A stretch of 64,000 nucleotides of DNA from an uncultured Verrucomicrobiae bacterium (GTDB lineage Bacteria; Verrucomicrobiota; Verrucomicrobiia; Limisphaerales; Palsa-1400), in the NCBI GenBank assembly GCA_963702845.1, contig OY969763.1:5824001-5888000 (forward strand), read 5' to 3'. The position numbers were made by a program, and so were the translations under genes. A model generated the notes under the pieces. That model was not told the origin of the DNA, searched no databases, and saw nothing but the letters and a program-made list of their open reading frames with translations. Below are positions 10,954 to 20,651 of this stretch, piece after piece; position 1 is the first letter of the stretch; each line of letters begins with the position of its first letter.

Positions 10954-11391
10954 TTAAGCCATTGCAGTTGGGCCGCCGCCCTGTTGTTGCGCCGGCGGTT
11001 GAACAATATTCACGACCAATGGAAACCGAAGCTTCATCACGTCATCCACCATCACCTCGACATAATAAGCTCCCGGCGTTTCAAATTTCACCTGCCCAAG
11101 CACAGTGACATTCGTCGCGTGCAGCGCGACGTCTTGCAGCGCAAATTTCAGATCGCTCTTCCGCAGAACCGTCGTCTGGTCCGGAGCAATCAGCCGCACG
11201 CTCTCATTGAACTGGCCGAACCCAGCCGTCCAACGATTAAAAAAGCAAAGCTTCAGTGCCGTCACCGGCAACTGCGGGACATTGATATAATTGATCACCC
11301 CAACAAGGATGAAATTGCCATTAACTTCCTGCCGGATGTCCTCGCAAATGAGCGAGCATTGCAGGTCGGGTAAAATTCTGGACGGAGTCAT
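10954..11391 (-). CDS. Small beta-rich protein, DUF6941-like
   Basis: LICEDIRQEVNG...LVGV and FETPGAYYVEVMVD pattern. Confidence 0.65.
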   Translation of the reverse strand: MTPSRILPDLQCSLICEDIRQEVNGNFILVGVINYINVPQLPVTALKLCFFNRWTAGFGQFNESVRLIAPDQTTVLRKSDLKFALQDVALHATNVTVLGQVKFETPGAYYVEVMVDDVMKLRFPLVVNIVQPPAQQQGGGPTAMA

Positions 11392-11392
11392 A

Positions 11393-12283
11393 TTAAGCTT
11401 TATTTAAAAGTTCAGCGGCGCGAACGGTGTTTTGCATCAAGAGCGCGATGGTCATCGGACCGACGCCGCCGGGGTTCGGTGTAATTTTTCCGGCAATCGC
11501 TTGAACATTCGCGAAATCGACGTCGCCGACCAAACGCGAACCGCCTTTGGCCGCCGGATCATTGATTCGATTCACGCCCACATCGATCACGGTCGCGCCG
11601 GGCTTGACCATGTTTGCTTTGACGAACTCCGGCGAACCGAGTGCGGCGATGATTATATCAGCGCGTTTGCAGTGCGCCGCGATGTCGGCGGTTTGCGAAT
11701 GGCAAATCGTCACGGTCGCGTTGGCGTGCTTCGACTTCTGGCAAAGGATCGCCGCCATCGGTTTGCCAACAATATTGCCACGCCCGAGAATAACGACTTC
11801 CGCGCCTTCCGTTTTAACCTTCGAGCGTATCAATAACTCGTGAACGCCAGCCGGTGTGCAGGGACGAAATCCGGTCTCATCGCCCAACATCAGCTTGCCA
11901 ACGTTTTCAGGATGAAAACCGTCGACGTCTTTCATCGGCGAAACGGTCGAATAAACGCGTGTCTCCGAAATGTGTTTCGGCAATGGCGCCTGGACCAAAA
12001 TGCCGTGAACGTTTTTGTCGGCATTCAATTTCGCAATCAACGCGATCAGTTCCTGCTCGGTCGTGTTGGCGGCGAGCGCGTGCGTCGTGGAAATGATACC
12101 AAGACGTGCGGCGGTCTTTTCCTTCATGCCGACGTAAACCTTCGACGCCGGATCTTCACCGACACGCACGAAAACGAGGCTCGGTTGGATGCCTCGTGAT
12201 TTCAGTCCCGCGACTCGAGCGGCGGTTTGCTGATGAATCTCTTCAGCAATCGCGCGCCCGTCGATGAGATTGCCCACGGGCAT
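11393..12283 (-). CDS. folD: Bifunctional methylenetetrahydrofolate dehydrogenase/cyclohydrolase
   Basis: KDVDGFHP, PCTPAG, GNIVGKP, VIDVGVNR, TPNPGGVGPMT. Confidence 0.97.
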   Translation of the reverse strand: MPVGNLIDGRAIAEEIHQQTAARVAGLKSRGIQPSLVFVRVGEDPASKVYVGMKEKTAARLGIISTTHALAANTTEQELIALIAKLNADKNVHGILVQAPLPKHISETRVYSTVSPMKDVDGFHPENVGKLMLGDETGFRPCTPAGVHELLIRSKVKTEGAEVVILGRGNIVGKPMAAILCQKSKHANATVTICHSQTADIAAHCKRADIIIAALGSPEFVKANMVKPGATVIDVGVNRINDPAAKGGSRLVGDVDFANVQAIAGKITPNPGGVGPMTIALLMQNTVRAAELLNKA

Positions 12284-13380
12284 TATGGCAGCTCGATATT
12301 TTCGACTTCGACGATGGGAGTGCTCTTCCAACGCGCGTCGAGAACTTCCGGGCCGGTCACGAGGACGCGCACGCCGAGATAGGGCTTGAGCGTTTTGTCG
12401 GAGGTGGCGGACATCAAATATTCGATTACTTCGCCGGTGCGGGCGTCGTGCAGTTCGTAATCGGTCGGCGCTTGAATGTTGAGCGTTTTCTTGACGGTGC
12501 CTTCGCGGGTCACTACGCGCTTCGGCGGCGGTTCGTTGGAAACTTCAGGAGCAGGTGCAACCGGCGCTGGTGCCGCATCAGCAGGGGTCGCCGCAGGGGC
12601 CGGGGCTTCGTTCGGATTGGCTGCGACTGGTGCGGCTTCCGGTGTCACGGTCGTCGGCTCAGGAGCAGGGGTCGGCGCGGGTGCGGGTGCTGGTTCAGGC
12701 GTTGTCGCTGCGATCACCGGAGCAGTCGCAGGTTGAATGTTCAGGAAATCAGCGGCGACGAAACCGAAGGCGTTCGTTGGCGTCTCAATTTCAATCCAGC
12801 CTTTGTTCTTGCGAATTTCTTTAATGGGCGTGCCTTTTTCGACACGGGCGACGACGCTGTAATTTTCGCCAGGACCACCGCGAACGTTGAGGCGCGATTT
12901 TGCAGTCATGCTGGTGGCGTCGACGTAATCGCCGCTGACCCAAACCGGCGTATTGGTCGGCATCAAAATCTTGGCCCACTTGGCCGGTTCATCTTTCTTG
13001 GGCTTGCTGATGTTGATCTCTTCCAGGACCGACACCGTTTCACCCTTGTGCAAATGGGTGATGACTTCGCCGACGAACGACGAGCGGCCGCGGACGTTGA
13101 CGGCTTCTTGTTTCACCGTCGCGGTAGCGGGCGGGTTGTAAACGAGATTGGCGGCGGCGGTTGATTCTTTGGCCTTCGTCGTCTTGGTGGACTTGGCCTT
13201 TTTCTTCTTCGCCGGCTTGGGCTTGGCTTCTGGCGTTGGCGCTGGCTGAGCCGTCTCCGGTTGTATTGCGGGCGCGGCTGGAGCAGGGGCGGCGGGTTGC
13301 GGCGCGGCGTTGTCTTGGGCGACAAGGGCACCAGCGGTCAGCGCGGAGATGAGTGTAATCAGGTAAAACTTCGATTTCAT
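12283..13380 (-). CDS. Exported SH3-domain protein with Pro/Ala-rich linkers
   Basis: Signal peptide; two SH3b-like repeats (VNVRG..., LNVRGGPGENY). Confidence 0.85.
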   Translation of the reverse strand: MKSKFYLITLISALTAGALVAQDNAAPQPAAPAPAAPAIQPETAQPAPTPEAKPKPAKKKKAKSTKTTKAKESTAAANLVYNPPATATVKQEAVNVRGRSSFVGEVITHLHKGETVSVLEEINISKPKKDEPAKWAKILMPTNTPVWVSGDYVDATSMTAKSRLNVRGGPGENYSVVARVEKGTPIKEIRKNKGWIEIETPTNAFGFVAADFLNIQPATAPVIAATTPEPAPAPAPTPAPEPTTVTPEAAPVAANPNEAPAPAATPADAAPAPVAPAPEVSNEPPPKRVVTREGTVKKTLNIQAPTDYELHDARTGEVIEYLMSATSDKTLKPYLGVRVLVTGPEVLDARWKSTPIVEVENIELP

Positions 13381-13417
13381 ATGTTGTCGGGTACGGAAAT
13401 TTTTCAGTCCCGGAGGT

Positions 13418-14128
13418 TCACGGCGAGCCCAGTAGAGATTTTATTTCCGGTTCTGTCAACGCTCGCCATTTACCCTCCGGCAATTCTCCAAGTTTAATGC
13501 GTCCAATCTGCGTCCGTTGCAATCGTAAAACGCGAAAGTTCTGGCTCTCAAACAGCCGCCGCACCTCGCGGTTTTTTCCTTCGCCGAGGGTCAATTCCAC
13601 AATCGTGCTGGCGTTACTGACGCGCAGGATCTTCGCGCGTTCGGCCCGCAGTGTTTCGCCTTCGTGCGTGATGCCTTCGGTAATCTTCTTCAACACGTCG
13701 CCTTCGAGACGGCCTTCGACCTGCACCATATAAATTTTGCGAACGCCGTAACGCGGGTGAGTCAGCTTGAGGCAAAAATCACCGTCATTCGTCAAAAAAA
13801 TCAAACCGTCGCTGTCATAATCCAGGCGCCCGACGGTGACGAGGTCTGCCCATTCGCGCGGGAGCAGTTCGTTCACCTTGGCGCGATCGTCATCGGCCGC
13901 TTTCGTGCACATAAAGCCGCGCGGTTTGTTTAGCGCGATGTAGAGCTTTTTCTTCGCACGAATCGTTTTGCCGTCGACCGCCACCTTGTCGTGGAGCGGA
14001 TCGATTTTCGTGCCCAGCTCTTTGACCAGCTTGCCATTCACGGCAACGCGCCCGTCCAGGATGATGCGTTCACTGGCGCGACGCGATGCGATGCCGGCTT
14101 CGGCAAGATGTTTTTGCAAACGAACCAT
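13418..14128 (-). CDS. rluB: rRNA pseudouridine synthase (RluB/RsuA family)
   Basis: S4 domain RLQKHLAEAGIASRR, GRLDYDSDGL, EGKNREVRR. Confidence 0.92.
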   Translation of the reverse strand: MVRLQKHLAEAGIASRRASERIILDGRVAVNGKLVKELGTKIDPLHDKVAVDGKTIRAKKKLYIALNKPRGFMCTKAADDDRAKVNELLPREWADLVTVGRLDYDSDGLIFLTNDGDFCLKLTHPRYGVRKIYMVQVEGRLEGDVLKKITEGITHEGETLRAERAKILRVSNASTIVELTLGEGKNREVRRLFESQNFRVLRLQRTQIGRIKLGELPEGKWRALTEPEIKSLLGSP

Positions 14129-14189
14129 AATTCACGTTACATCGAAAAGGGCGCGAAACACTACTGCGATTTAGTGCGACGCTAGTTTC

Positions 14190-14312
14190 AAGGTAGGGAT
14201 GACGCGCTGCGTCGTCCTCTTTCCATCGTCAACTTTAACGACGGACGACGGGAGATTTGAACAAATTATTTTGTCGTTCGCTGCCGCGAACCGCGCGATC
14301 GTCCCTACCTTA
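14190..14312. repeat. REPIN-like pair; 14244..14312 is the left 69-bp inverted repeat of the terminase cassette
   Basis: aaggtagggatgacgcgctgcgtcgtcc ... gatcgtccctacctta; the reverse complement of 14244..14312 matches 16072..16140 at 61 of 69 positions (manual alignment). Confidence 0.85.
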
Positions 14313-16057
14313 GTACCAGCCTGGATACGGCGTTGGCTTGGGAATTGGGTCGTCCGTGTGATAGGACGACCACGTGCCGTCGTCGTTCATCACCGAAATG
14401 CCGATGCCGCCACCGCTCTTCGGCGCTTCACTCGCCAAGGCGCCAGCCCAGGCGATATCGCAATGGCTCGCCGGGTTGAGCGCGTTTTTGCCTTCGGCGA
14501 AATTCCATTTGTTGCCGTTGAACATTTTTTTGAGCGCATAGTAATCGCCGGCGATATCGTGTTCGCTGCTCGGGAACCGCTTTTGCGCGACGCTCAACTG
14601 GTTCATCAGGTTGAAACCAAGGTCATGCTTCTTGCTGGCGAAGTTCACCGATTTCCAGCGCGAACCGAATTTCTGCGCCGCTTCCCAACAGATCTGGCGG
14701 CCCAGACCGGTTTCGTCGCCGGCGCCTTTGAGCGAACCGGTCGTGTTCATGAAATAGAACAGGACGGTCTTGAGAAAGTGCCAGTCTTCGGTGCGACAGG
14801 TGAACAAGGCGCGAAGCCAATGTTCGTCGCCCTTTTTCTCGTCGATATAAATGACGGCCAGATCACCCGTGCCACTGGCGGCGACGTCGAAGCCGAGCCG
14901 GAACGTCGGCGTGCTGTGGATGGGATTGAAATCCAGCGATGGAAACTTCTTGCACAGGAACGCTTCGATGTTGTTTTCGCGTTCGCGCGCGCTCGACGGA
15001 TTGAACGCACCGAATTGTTGTTGGACTTCGTCCGCTTCGAGATGAACACGCTCGATCTTGTAATCGTGACGGCAACGTTCGATGGCACTCCACTCAACGA
15101 TGTGATTGGTGGCCGCCCCGAGCGGATTGCACATGTAGGCTTGTTGGAACACTTCCTCATCGCGCGCGCGTGCTTTGCAATCGGCCAGGAATTGATCCGC
15201 AGTAAACTTAGTCCCGCGCGATTTGTTGATGACTTCGACGAGGCCGTGGCCGATGGCGTCCTGGATGGTGACTTTGTAGTAGAGGTTCCAGGGGACGTTT
15301 GGGCGCACATCGGAGCGCGGACAGCCTTGTCCGCGCGTGTTCGTCGTCGCAGAAGCAGTGGAACCTTCGACAGTGTTCGATGTAGCAGGAACTAAAACAC
15401 GCGGACAAGGCTGTCCGCGCTCCGATGCTCCCACCGTCACCCTCGCCTCCTGCGCGAACTCATTAAACAACGTATCCTCCCCATCGTGACTCGACCACAC
15501 GGCGAGATCATAACCCCACGTCACGCGACCCTGCGCCGTTTCCCAGAGCAAACGCGCGTTGGGATGTTTGGCGAATTCATCGAGGCCGACGTCGCCGCCG
15601 TAAACAGCCATCGCCTGCGGATTGGCTGAGAACGCGATGATGCGCGAGCCGTTGTCGAATTTGATCACGCCGACTTTGACATCTTGCGTGAACGCCGACG
15701 GCCGGCCTTTCCATCCAACCGATTGACGCTCAGCGTCTCTTCCCCGTGCGTTTTGATCGTGCGAGTGAGATCGAAGACCTCCGCAAACTTGTAACATTGG
15801 CGGACGTATTCGAGCGCACTGGCATAATCTTTGGTCGCGAAAAGATAATCGCGATTCGGATGCAGCAATCGCTTGCGCACATTTTTAAATCCATCGGCAT
15901 AAGTCCAGCCGATGCGAACGGATTTCTCCGCGAGCGCCACGACTTGTTTGCCGGCGGCGTGTAGTGTTTCTTCACCCTCAATCCAGGCGATCTGATGTGG
16001 CATGAAATAGTCGGCCAATTTCACCGACCCAATATTTGGTTTCGTATTTATAATCAT
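14310..16057 (-). CDS. Mu gp28-like terminase large subunit; one frameshift near 15708-15710
   Basis: EKSVRIGWT Walker-A-like motif, GDVGLDEFA Walker B, FQQAYMCNP, nuclease motifs LGFDVA and HCDIAWAGALA; one extra A in a homopolymer joins the two ORFs (RLDGKGRPSAFTQD). Confidence 0.85.
15308..15427. repeat. In-frame REPIN-like element inside the terminase gene
   Basis: Perfect 28-bp inverted arms catcggagcgcggacagccttgtccgcg (15308..15335) and 15400..15427. Confidence 0.9.
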
Positions 16058-16071
16058 AATTTTCAACTTTC

Positions 16072-16140
16072 TAAGGTAGAGACGGTCGCGCGGTTCGCGG
16101 CAGCGAACATCAAAACAATTTGTTCAATTCTCACGCCGTC
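16072..16140 (+). repeat. Right 69-bp inverted repeat flanking the terminase gene
   Basis: taaggtagagacggtcgcgcggttcgcggcagcgaac...; GTAG head plus gttcgc/gcgaac hairpin. Confidence 0.85.
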
Positions 16141-16162
16141 TTCATTTTTTGCATTTTCAGAT

Positions 16163-16969
16163 TTAGTTAATGGTTTGTTGTTCGTTTATTGGTGTTTCGG
16201 TCGACGCAGCGGCGCCGTCCGTATTCTGATTTTGTGATGGCGCTGGCGCTGGCGCCGGACCGTCCAAAGCTTCAATGTGTTGGCGGCGATGGCGTCCCAA
16301 TCCCAACACTCGATCCACAATATCAACGACCGCCCGATGATCAGATTCATCCCCAAACGGCTTCTTCGGATCCCGCAACTTGAGTTCCTGCGCCTCCTCC
16401 CGTTCCGCCGACCGCCGATACTTCCGCGTCCGCAACGCTTCCCTGCTCAACTTCGGTACAAGCGATAACAACCGCACCAAATTGCGCGGATCCTTCTCAG
16501 AATTATCCCGGAGTTCCTGCGGTGTGAGATCAGAAAGCACGCCACCCACTCGCGCGGCGAATAATTTGACGATCAGATCAGGAATCTCCTCCGGTTCCGC
16601 CTTCGTCAGCAGATCGACAACACGGTCAGAATTCCCATTGAGAAGAGCGCTTCGCTCCTGCTCCTTCACCCAATCCCGATACCCACCCTGGGCCCAGCGC
16701 GAAATATTCTGCTTCGTCAACCCCTTGCCCTCATCGCCGAGCGTCTCAATGATCTTCTCATACTCCACCCCATCATCGATCCACTCATTGATGTCCTCGC
16801 GAACAGCCTTCGGCAACCGCGCAATCTTCCCATTGCGACGGTGACCACTCGCCCCCGGCACCGCATCAAGGTAGGGATCGCGCGCTGCGCGGTCCGCCTG
16901 CTGCTCGTCCGGCTCTCGCCCTTCGACTATCGACTTTCGACCCTCAAGTTCATTTATATTTTCATTCAT
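16163..16969 (-). CDS. DUF3486 / Mu gp27-like protein (putative terminase small subunit)
   Basis: RRNGKIARLPKAVREDINEWIDDGVEYEKI...LTKQNISRW HTH-like N-terminal domain; directly upstream of the gp28-like gene. Confidence 0.7.
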   Translation of the reverse strand: MNENINELEGRKSIVEGREPDEQQADRAARDPYLDAVPGASGHRRNGKIARLPKAVREDINEWIDDGVEYEKIIETLGDEGKGLTKQNISRWAQGGYRDWVKEQERSALLNGNSDRVVDLLTKAEPEEIPDLIVKLFAARVGGVLSDLTPQELRDNSEKDPRNLVRLLSLVPKLSREALRTRKYRRSAEREEAQELKLRDPKKPFGDESDHRAVVDIVDRVLGLGRHRRQHIEALDGPAPAPAPSQNQNTDGAAASTETPINEQQTIN

Positions 16970-17261
16970 GCCCCCATTTTGCCCCGCGCCTGAACGAAAA
17001 GCTTCTTAGTGAAACCGACCTTTTACTAGGAAAGTGATTTGCAAGGGCTTGCGACTGGTTTAGCCACGGATTGGACTTGAAGAAGCTTGCATCAATCGGG
17101 TGATGTGTGGTCGTACGAGAATCCGAAACGAAACGTTTTTCAAGTTTGGCCGAAAGACGTGCCTTAATTCGAAGGAGAGGCGAGACAAAAAAAGAAGAGG
17201 TATTGGACATCACAACAACTTGGAAAGAATCGGCTTTTACGAAGAAGAAATGCGATGTTGG

Positions 17262-18158
17262 TCAGCTGAAAAGCGGGACCAAATCGAGAGCGAACTCAAA
17301 ATCCTTCTTTACCGACTTAAAGATAGGGACCGGCTTAGATCTCTTTTGGTTGAGCGCAAGAATTTCCTCTTCATGAGGTTTGCTCATATCGCAGCCGACC
17401 GTGATAGAAACGAGCAAGTCGTCTACTCGCACACAGCGCTTTGGAACGGTCGCGACGCCGATTCGCCATTCCTTTTCGTGGTGCCAACATTGAGCCTTGC
17501 TCAGCAGAATCTTATCTCCGAAAGCACCCGGATTAGCAAAATCCATTTCGAGCGCGCTAAACTTCGGATAGACATCTAGGTAATTCGCGTGCTCGGCAAG
17601 GCATAGCAAATTCTCTGCTGCCCGTTTGTATTTTAAATAATAACCCCTATGGTTCGCACCATAGTAAGCAAAAAGGAGAATGTCATTGGGAATCGCCGAA
17701 AGCGACAGCACGCCGTACCTGTCAATACGCTCTTGCATCCGTCGCCAGTGATCGTCGCGCACATGTTCGTTATCAACGACGGTCGTTCCTTTAACTTTTT
17801 TGATAAGCGCCCACTTCTTCCGCTTCTTGATCCCGGGATATTGTCGGTCGAGAGCTTTACTAAAGTATTTTTTGATTTGGTCTTCCGTGCCTTCAAAACT
17901 GTATCTAACTTTCGAATCAAAGGGATCGTTGAACATCGCTGGACTAGCGAAGAAAACCTCGCCGCGAGCTATCCATGACGCCGAGTGTTCATCGTGAGGC
18001 CTATACTTATATAGGAATTCAGGAGTTGCATCGAACTCATCGGGAACTGCAGGGCTGATTAAGGGGCAGCCGGCGCAGTCCGACACAACCTGCGCCGTAT
18101 CTGATTTCAATTTCAGATATACGCGCTGTTTACATTGCGGACATTTGCCTATGACCAT
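17262..18158 (-). CDS. DUF2971 domain protein
   Basis: LYKYR, FASPAMFNDPFD, LFAYYGANHRG, KAQCWHHEKEWR motifs; N-terminal CxxC pairs. Confidence 0.8.
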   Translation of the reverse strand: MVIGKCPQCKQRVYLKLKSDTAQVVSDCAGCPLISPAVPDEFDATPEFLYKYRPHDEHSASWIARGEVFFASPAMFNDPFDSKVRYSFEGTEDQIKKYFSKALDRQYPGIKKRKKWALIKKVKGTTVVDNEHVRDDHWRRMQERIDRYGVLSLSAIPNDILLFAYYGANHRGYYLKYKRAAENLLCLAEHANYLDVYPKFSALEMDFANPGAFGDKILLSKAQCWHHEKEWRIGVATVPKRCVRVDDLLVSITVGCDMSKPHEEEILALNQKRSKPVPIFKSVKKDFEFALDLVPLFS

Positions 18159-18192
18159 ACTACGACGCAGCGGTTTCCATTAACTGCATCCT

Positions 18193-18732
18193 TCAATTTG
18201 CCTTTTCGCCATAATAGTGATTGCGAACCCTAGCTACCCAGTTTTGGAAAACTGAATCCAGGTCGTCAAGAGCCTGAACTCCTGCCGTGGGCATCGGCAT
18301 TTCGTGAACAAAAATTTCCGTTGTGCCCACACTGAAGATGCCACCCTCAACTCCTTTCTCGCGGAAGATCATAGTCGGGATGCCAGCGCTAAATAGAATG
18401 CCTGCTTCCAACTGATTCCACGGCGTGGGAAAACTAACAATTTCTTTTGTAGCTACCGCTTTAGAGCTTCCACGCTTCCACTCCCCGCCTTTGGCGCGAA
18501 ACTGCTCAAACCCGAGAATAATCCCGCCGGAACAATGCTTAACCATCCTTAGCACCTCTTTGAGCGGCACGTCATTCGGATAATCACTTCGACCGAGGGC
18601 TCGCCATTCAAGTTTATAGCGGCGCACTAAATCGAGTATCAACTTTGCGCTCGCCTCCTGCGCTGGGCTTAAATTGTCAGGACTTGGTGCTGACACGAAT
18701 ACTGGAATGCGCATTCTTGGAATATTCAGCAT
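18193..18732 (-). CDS. Small TIR-like or nucleoside-deoxyribosyltransferase-fold protein
   Basis: VFVSAP strand, CSGGIILGF, PTPWNQLEAG with a candidate catalytic Glu, IPTMIFRE. Confidence 0.55.
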   Translation of the reverse strand: MLNIPRMRIPVFVSAPSPDNLSPAQEASAKLILDLVRRYKLEWRALGRSDYPNDVPLKEVLRMVKHCSGGIILGFEQFRAKGGEWKRGSSKAVATKEIVSFPTPWNQLEAGILFSAGIPTMIFREKGVEGGIFSVGTTEIFVHEMPMPTAGVQALDDLDSVFQNWVARVRNHYYGEKAN

Positions 18733-18835
18733 AGGGAATCAGGAAATTACTCTTAGCACTATGTAATTTACAACCGAAATAGGCAGGACAGATATACTCC
18801 TTCGACGCTGTCGTGAAACTTCGCCTTTTGTGACT

Positions 18836-18940
18836 GCTTCAACCTTTCAGCGTTGGTAGTGAAATCGACGGTGCGCCCAGGGTAGCTCCCCGCATCCCTC
18901 CGCAACCCTGGGCTGGATGCTTCAATGTCCTTTCAGGATT
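18836..18940. repeat. Palindromic interspersed repeat
   Basis: cccagggt...accctggg arms flanked by two gcttcaa...ctttcag units. Confidence 0.5.
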
Positions 18941-19060
18941 TAGTGGGAACGTTGCGAACGGATGTTTTGATCTCGGGTTTTATTTTCAAGTCGTGGAACT
19001 CGACAACGATTGCCCACCAGCCTTGATCATCGTATGCGACTGCCGCGTAGTGACTCGCCA

Positions 19061-19160
19061 AGCGTTTGGAGTGCGTGCGGCTTGCCGCCGCTTTGGGATC
19101 GCGGGCTTCGATTAAGTTCGTATCCCAAAGCGGCAGCTCAGCTGCCGCACTCCATACGCT
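19061..19160. repeat. REPIN-like inverted repeat
   Basis: Arms agcgtttggagtgcg..gccgctttgggat and atcccaaagcggc..cgcactccatacgct. Confidence 0.75.
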
Positions 19161-19183
19161 TCGCGCCTTCCAAAACGCGTTCC

Positions 19184-20293
19184 TTATTTCTTTACCCCCA
19201 ACAAATAGCGCGCTACATCGGCGCCCGCCGGATCACCATCACTCGTGCGGCCTTTCTCGGTTTTTCGCAGACCGAGAACGTTCGTGCAATAAGTCGCAAA
19301 ACTCTGTTCCCGGTGGCACGGATAGAGCTTGGGCCGTTTGACGCTCGGCCGGATCGTTTTAAGCAGGTCCACATACGTCCAGTTGAAACGTTTCACCAAC
19401 GGCCACAGCGTGATCACCGCCGTGTCCACGTCTTCGTAATTCCACACCCGCGGCGTATCGGCGTCGAGCGTCGCAGCCATGGCGCGCTGTTTAGGCGAGT
19501 CGGGGTAATGTTCGACCGCCGCTTCGAACTGTGCCTGGTATCTCGCCTTCGTCTCGGCGTCAGCAGTGGCGATGTGATTTCGAACGAAAGCACCGGCAGC
19601 GAGATCCCGTTTCTCAGCATCCGGATCAAACATGGCAGGTTGGCAATACCACATCGCGTGCGTCTTCAGGTGAAGAATTGAGTCCAGCCATTCGCAAAAG
19701 TAAATGAGCGCGACGCGCGGGTCGCCAAAGCTGGGATGCATGATGAAGGGTTGCTCGATCACTGCTTGTGGTTTTAGCTGAACTTCGGTGGCGAAGTTCA
19801 TGACCGCTTCACGACAGATGCCAGCGAGAGGGTCGTCGAAGCTGGAGAAACGGAGAATATGTTGGAAGAAGGTGCGGGATTTTGTTTGGTCGAGGGCGGC
19901 CAGTTGAAGGATGAGTTGATCGCGCACGATCTCGTCCGCGCGGGAAGCGTCAGCGGACGACGCGGGACCGTTCGGTTGGCAAGCGCGCTCGTCGTTAGCT
20001 TCTGTCCGGCACAAGGCGTTGCCGATGATTTCGGCGAAGGCGCGTGCGGATTGTCCGGATTGAAGCAAACGGGTGCGCGCTACTTTTTTCTCGGCGTATT
20101 CCTTAGCGACCAAAACCGAGGCGCGTCCAATCCAACCCTGGATCATGAAGGCAGACATATAGAAGTTGTCCTGCTCAAGACGACAGAGTTCGTAGGCGTC
20201 CTCCATCGTTCCCATGAATGGTAAGACGAGGCGCGGAGTCGGTTCGTTGTTGTTTTGATTTTCGTTATTTTTATTTTCGTTTTTATTTTTCAT
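19184..20293 (-). CDS. Hypothetical protein, 369 aa
   Basis: Long ORF with genome-like codon usage and an Asn/Lys-rich N-terminus; no family recognised. Confidence 0.75.
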   Translation of the reverse strand: MKNKNENKNNENQNNNEPTPRLVLPFMGTMEDAYELCRLEQDNFYMSAFMIQGWIGRASVLVAKEYAEKKVARTRLLQSGQSARAFAEIIGNALCRTEANDERACQPNGPASSADASRADEIVRDQLILQLAALDQTKSRTFFQHILRFSSFDDPLAGICREAVMNFATEVQLKPQAVIEQPFIMHPSFGDPRVALIYFCEWLDSILHLKTHAMWYCQPAMFDPDAEKRDLAAGAFVRNHIATADAETKARYQAQFEAAVEHYPDSPKQRAMAATLDADTPRVWNYEDVDTAVITLWPLVKRFNWTYVDLLKTIRPSVKRPKLYPCHREQSFATYCTNVLGLRKTEKGRTSDGDPAGADVARYLLGVKK

Positions 20294-20311
20294 GCGCCCA
20301 TTGTCGCAAAG

Positions 20312-20338
20312 TCACTTGGACAAAGGCTGTCCAAGTGA
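20312..20338. promoter_or_regulatory. Operator-like perfect inverted repeat
   Basis: tcacttggaca-N5-tgtccaagtga, about 20 bp upstream of the 20293 start. Confidence 0.55.
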
Positions 20339-20651
20339 ATTTTTTTCCCGGAAAAAGATGTCGCCTCTATCTACTTGATACCGAGCGAATTAAACAAAAA
20401 CGCCGCTTTTTGGCGTAAAATTTTTCAGGTAGGGCGGGCCGGCATCCGCGGTTAGCGGTGCCATCGACCAATTTGTTCTAACTCTCCGCGCCCGCCCGCG
20501 CCCGACCGCCCGCCGTCCGCGCCCGCCGCCATGCGCGCCGAGAATTTCTTTCTTAATAAAAACCTCAATCCACTAAGAAGCTTTTATTCCAGCGCCGTAG
20601 TAACCTCGCCGCATGTGTGAATTTGAATTAATCGCGCAGCCGGCGACCGCC

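Noticed and set aside
14199..15395. 398-aa + strand ORF and other long antisense ORFs (6305..7210, 12448..13164, 44102..44896, 51628..52395)
   Set aside because: Shadow ORFs opposite motif-supported genes in GC-rich DNA.
15665..15797. Programmed ribosomal frameshift in the terminase
   Set aside because: A one-base homopolymer indel explains it, and the window contains many similar indels.
16962..17213. 83-aa ORF upstream of the gp27-like gene
   Set aside because: No recognisable motif and atypical composition; insufficient support.
14310..20293. Intact prophage
   Set aside because: No portal, capsid, tail, lysis, integrase or Mu transposase genes were recognised.
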